Shown here: one piece after another, positions 29,113 through 32,000 of the stretch
Layout of the letters: each line of letters begins with the position of its first letter
How positions within the stretch are numbered: position 1 is the stretch's first letter
From: Amoeboradix gromovi X-113
Lineage: Eukaryota; Fungi; Sanchytriomycota
Assembly: GCA_018985225.1 (NCBI GenBank)
Contig: JADGIF010000010.1
Location: 14,996-46,995 of the forward strand
DNA: 32,000 bases
Reading direction: 5' to 3'
Translations under genes and position numbers: made by a program
The notes under the pieces: model-generated
Told to the model about the DNA's origin: nothing
The model's input: only the letters and a program-made list of their open reading frames with translations
Database searches by the model: none

Positions 29113-30133
29113 TTATGGTGCATGTCCCTTTTGTTTCCAGTCTAATACTTGCATACTGAACTTTTTAACTATTATTTCATCTTCTGCGTTAGTTTAAATG
29201 ACCTTTGTTCTTTACCCATGGATGATTAAGCAGCTGCTTTGGTGTCAACCTTTCTTTTGGTTGTTTTTGCAGACTTTGAGATAAAAAATCAAACATCATT
29301 ACTTCTTTTGGTGTTTTAGCAATAGATTGTATGGTCTTGAAAATATCTTCGTGCAATATAACTTGTATTAGTTCAAATACGGCCATGGGTGGATGTGTTT
29401 GGAAAGGGAACTGCCCTGTGAACAACTCGATCATCATCAAACCTAAAGACCAAGAATCAGCTTGAGAAGCATACGGCTTACCTTGAATTCGTTCCGGGGC
29501 CATATAAAGAGATGTTCCTACGAACGTGTTAGCGACTGAGTTGACAGTTTCACCACTAACACCAAAATCGCTTAGTTTAAAATGACCATCAGAATTGAGT
29601 AAAAGATTAGAAGGTTTTATGTCTCGATGAATTATTTTAAAGTTATCATATAGGTAAACAAGACCAAGCAGAACAGACAAACAGAGTGGCAATAAAACAT
29701 CTTCCGGTAATCCCTTGTTCGTACATGCAAGGGATAGTTTAAGGATACCGTCCAGCGAGCCCAAATCCATATACTCCATGCATAGGTATACCTGATTGTC
29801 GTATATGTAACCGCCATAAAAATCGATGATGCAGGTGAATTTCACAGAGTGCAAAATGTTTAATTCTCTAATAACATGGCGCTCTGTAATTTCATTAGTC
29901 ATACTAATAACCTTCCGAGCCATTGCCACATCACCTTTCTTCACAAGACTAACTGTACCACCTGTTCCATGTCCAAGTTCCTTGACCAAAATAAAATCTT
30001 TATGCTGCAAAGGATTGGTAGATAAATTAGTCAAAGCACTAACAATACTGTCTATAGATTGATTTGATTCATCGTGAGTTGCAGACTCGAGGTTTATCTT
30101 TAATTTCTTAGTTTTCTTGAATTTGCCAGACAT
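29113..30133 (-). CDS. STE7: MAP kinase kinase (Ste7/Byr1/MEK type), two exons (30133-29203, 29183-29113)
   Basis: N-terminal docking motif KKTKKLKI, ELGHGTGGTV, CMEYMDLGSLD, HRDIKPSN, DFGVSGETVNSVANTFVGTSLYMAPERIQG. Splicing a 19-nt intron adds EDEIIVKKFSMQVLDWKQKGHAP*. Confidence 0.88.
29184..29202 (-). other. 19-nt spliceosomal intron with CTAAC branch point
   Basis: Minus strand GTCATTTAAACTAACGCAG; it contains the apparent stop codon of the track ORF. Confidence 0.75.
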
Positions 30134-32000
30134 CTTTAATACAAGAATATTTGTTTCAAATGCGGAGAAATTTTCAGCACTTCAATTGCGGAATATTTTT
30201 GAACACGACAAGTTTTCAGTGATGCGAGAGATTATTTATTTGCTAAGTTCTCTAGAGTTGTGGTCTAAGAGTGAATTAAACTAATTCTTAATTAATAAAA
30301 TAGCCTTTAATGTCATATATCCAGCACTGCTGATTACCGCGATACCGAATATAGTAGGTCTAGTAATTAAATGTAATTACATCACAATTGATAACAATTT
30401 TGCCCATTTAATCCAATTAAACGATTTACATTATAACAACCGCCTGGCTAAATTTAATAGTCAATCTGATATATTTCCACTTGCAAATGTATTTAATACC
30501 ATGCTACCAGTCATAAAGCAAGTAAGGATTGTTGAAAGTGGTTCCAACAGGACAGAACCAGATAATTTAGAATGGCAAGTCACGTGATAAAACTGACATT
30601 GCTCGTATAATAAATCCTCTAAATGATGAAGCTTACTGTACCATAACTTTGAATAGTTTGTGCTCTACCTCTAGCACTTTTCTTGTTGTTAACTGTCAAT
30701 TAATTTCTGATCTGTTTAATCCAGTTCATCATGAGCTGCTGGTAATGAATAATCTCTCAATCAACATTAACAATGATGTAAAAATTTCTACTAGCTATGC
30801 TAATTTATTCTTGCCCTCCTGGAATTATGATTGTGAGTCAATTTTAACATGTGCAATGCTTACAGTTAAATCACTTAGTAATGCATCTAAATTCATTGCA
30901 TTGGCGGGAAATTTGAGCATTAATATTTTAAAAAGGGTTCGCAAGTATCTTAGACGACGAATTTGAGAGCGTATTAAATCTAAATCTTCACCCTGGTAGA
31001 TTGGAACAAATTAGCCTCATTAATAGCTTTCAATTGCTTCAAAAACGCCTAGAATACAGAAAACATTTCAATTCATTATTGGAGTGGCGCAGCAACTTTC
31101 ACACTAATTGAATGATAAATACAGGAGTAATATTTATCATGAATATATGCAACTGATTCAAGTGACTGCTAACACAAAAACTAGCACTATTCCCTTAGTG
31201 ATTTACAACGTAGAAAAGTGCATTATAGAAACTTCTCCCAGCAACATTGATTTTAATAAATTTATTTGGATACAGACACATCCAATATAAAAGAAGATCT
31301 TGATTCTGACAACACAAACATTAAGAATTTCAGACAATTTAATGTTCAGTCTCGCCGTACAATGTTGAAATTAAGAAGTTATTTATTCTAATTACTAAGT
31401 ATCGTAGGTAAAATAAACACAATGTGCAATTAAGTGGTACCTATGCGCTTATATAGAACACGCTCAACGAGAGAAGCCGAAGCGGTAAACATTAATGGAA
31501 TAGAAATAATAAACACGTGGAAGCCGCTAAATTACTGATTGATATTAAAACGGATCTTTTAAATGAGATAGAGACACACCACACATGGACCTGGATACGA
31601 AAGCGCACTAAAATGCATCAGTAGAAGCGTTCCTAAATGTTCTCTTGGTTTGTCAGCAAAGAGCTAAAATGGTTTGACGTATTAAGATGGCAATGTCATG
31701 GTAGTTTCAATTTGCAATACATGGTGATGCTTTTATTGCGTTTAAGAGTATTGGATAGTAAATATGCCAACCAAACACTTGCATCACCTGATAAGTGTAG
31801 TGTAGTCTATATTTGGAGCTAGAGTTAATACTTTTAATACTCATAAAGGATTTTACAAAGAACTGCGGGTCAAAACAGTTTATGATGCAGTTTAATAATG
31901 GAAAAACACACTACAAAGTGATAAGAAACATCGATTTATGACATGGCAGCCTATTGATTTCTCTTTTTTGCAGATTGAATCTGAGAGCTGCCCATTGCCA

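Noticed and set aside
30200-32000. Short ORFs 30649-30966, 31108-31290 and 31637-31822
   Set aside because: No recognisable motifs. This may be a decayed gene, but I cannot support a call.

Overview
Gene-dense eukaryotic DNA, most likely from a fungus-like opisthokont with a very compact genome (inferred). It uses the standard genetic code, has intergenic gaps as short as 14-26 bp, and contains three 19-21 nt spliceosomal introns. The first ~21 kb holds mostly housekeeping genes: SUN-domain SLP1, importin-5, Spc105/KNL1, ETF-beta, Chl1/DDX11, NoxA, DHFR, mitoferrin and a degenerate Sec7-domain protein. It also holds a secreted Cry/delta-endotoxin-N-like ORF running off the left edge and a Fanzor2/TnpB remnant. 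Between mitoferrin and a Ste7-like MAPKK lies an accessory island (~21.5-29 kb). The island contains an ERB1/BOP1 pseudogene fragment, a decayed Fanzor1 with a structured omegaRNA-like 3' end, a second Fanzor2 scrap, and two tandem, highly diverged genes with the motif set of bacterial Abi/UG (DRT-type) antiphage reverse transcriptases. Both RTs replace catalytic YxDD with xxDN (SGDN, RSDN), and each has exactly one reading-frame interruption. In RT-A this is an in-frame TAA followed by 77 further codons homologous to the paralog. In RT-B it is a -1 frame change at a correctly phased G_GGU_UUA slippery heptamer. This RT pair is the best candidate for an undescribed system. All family assignments come from motif recognition by eye; no searches were run.
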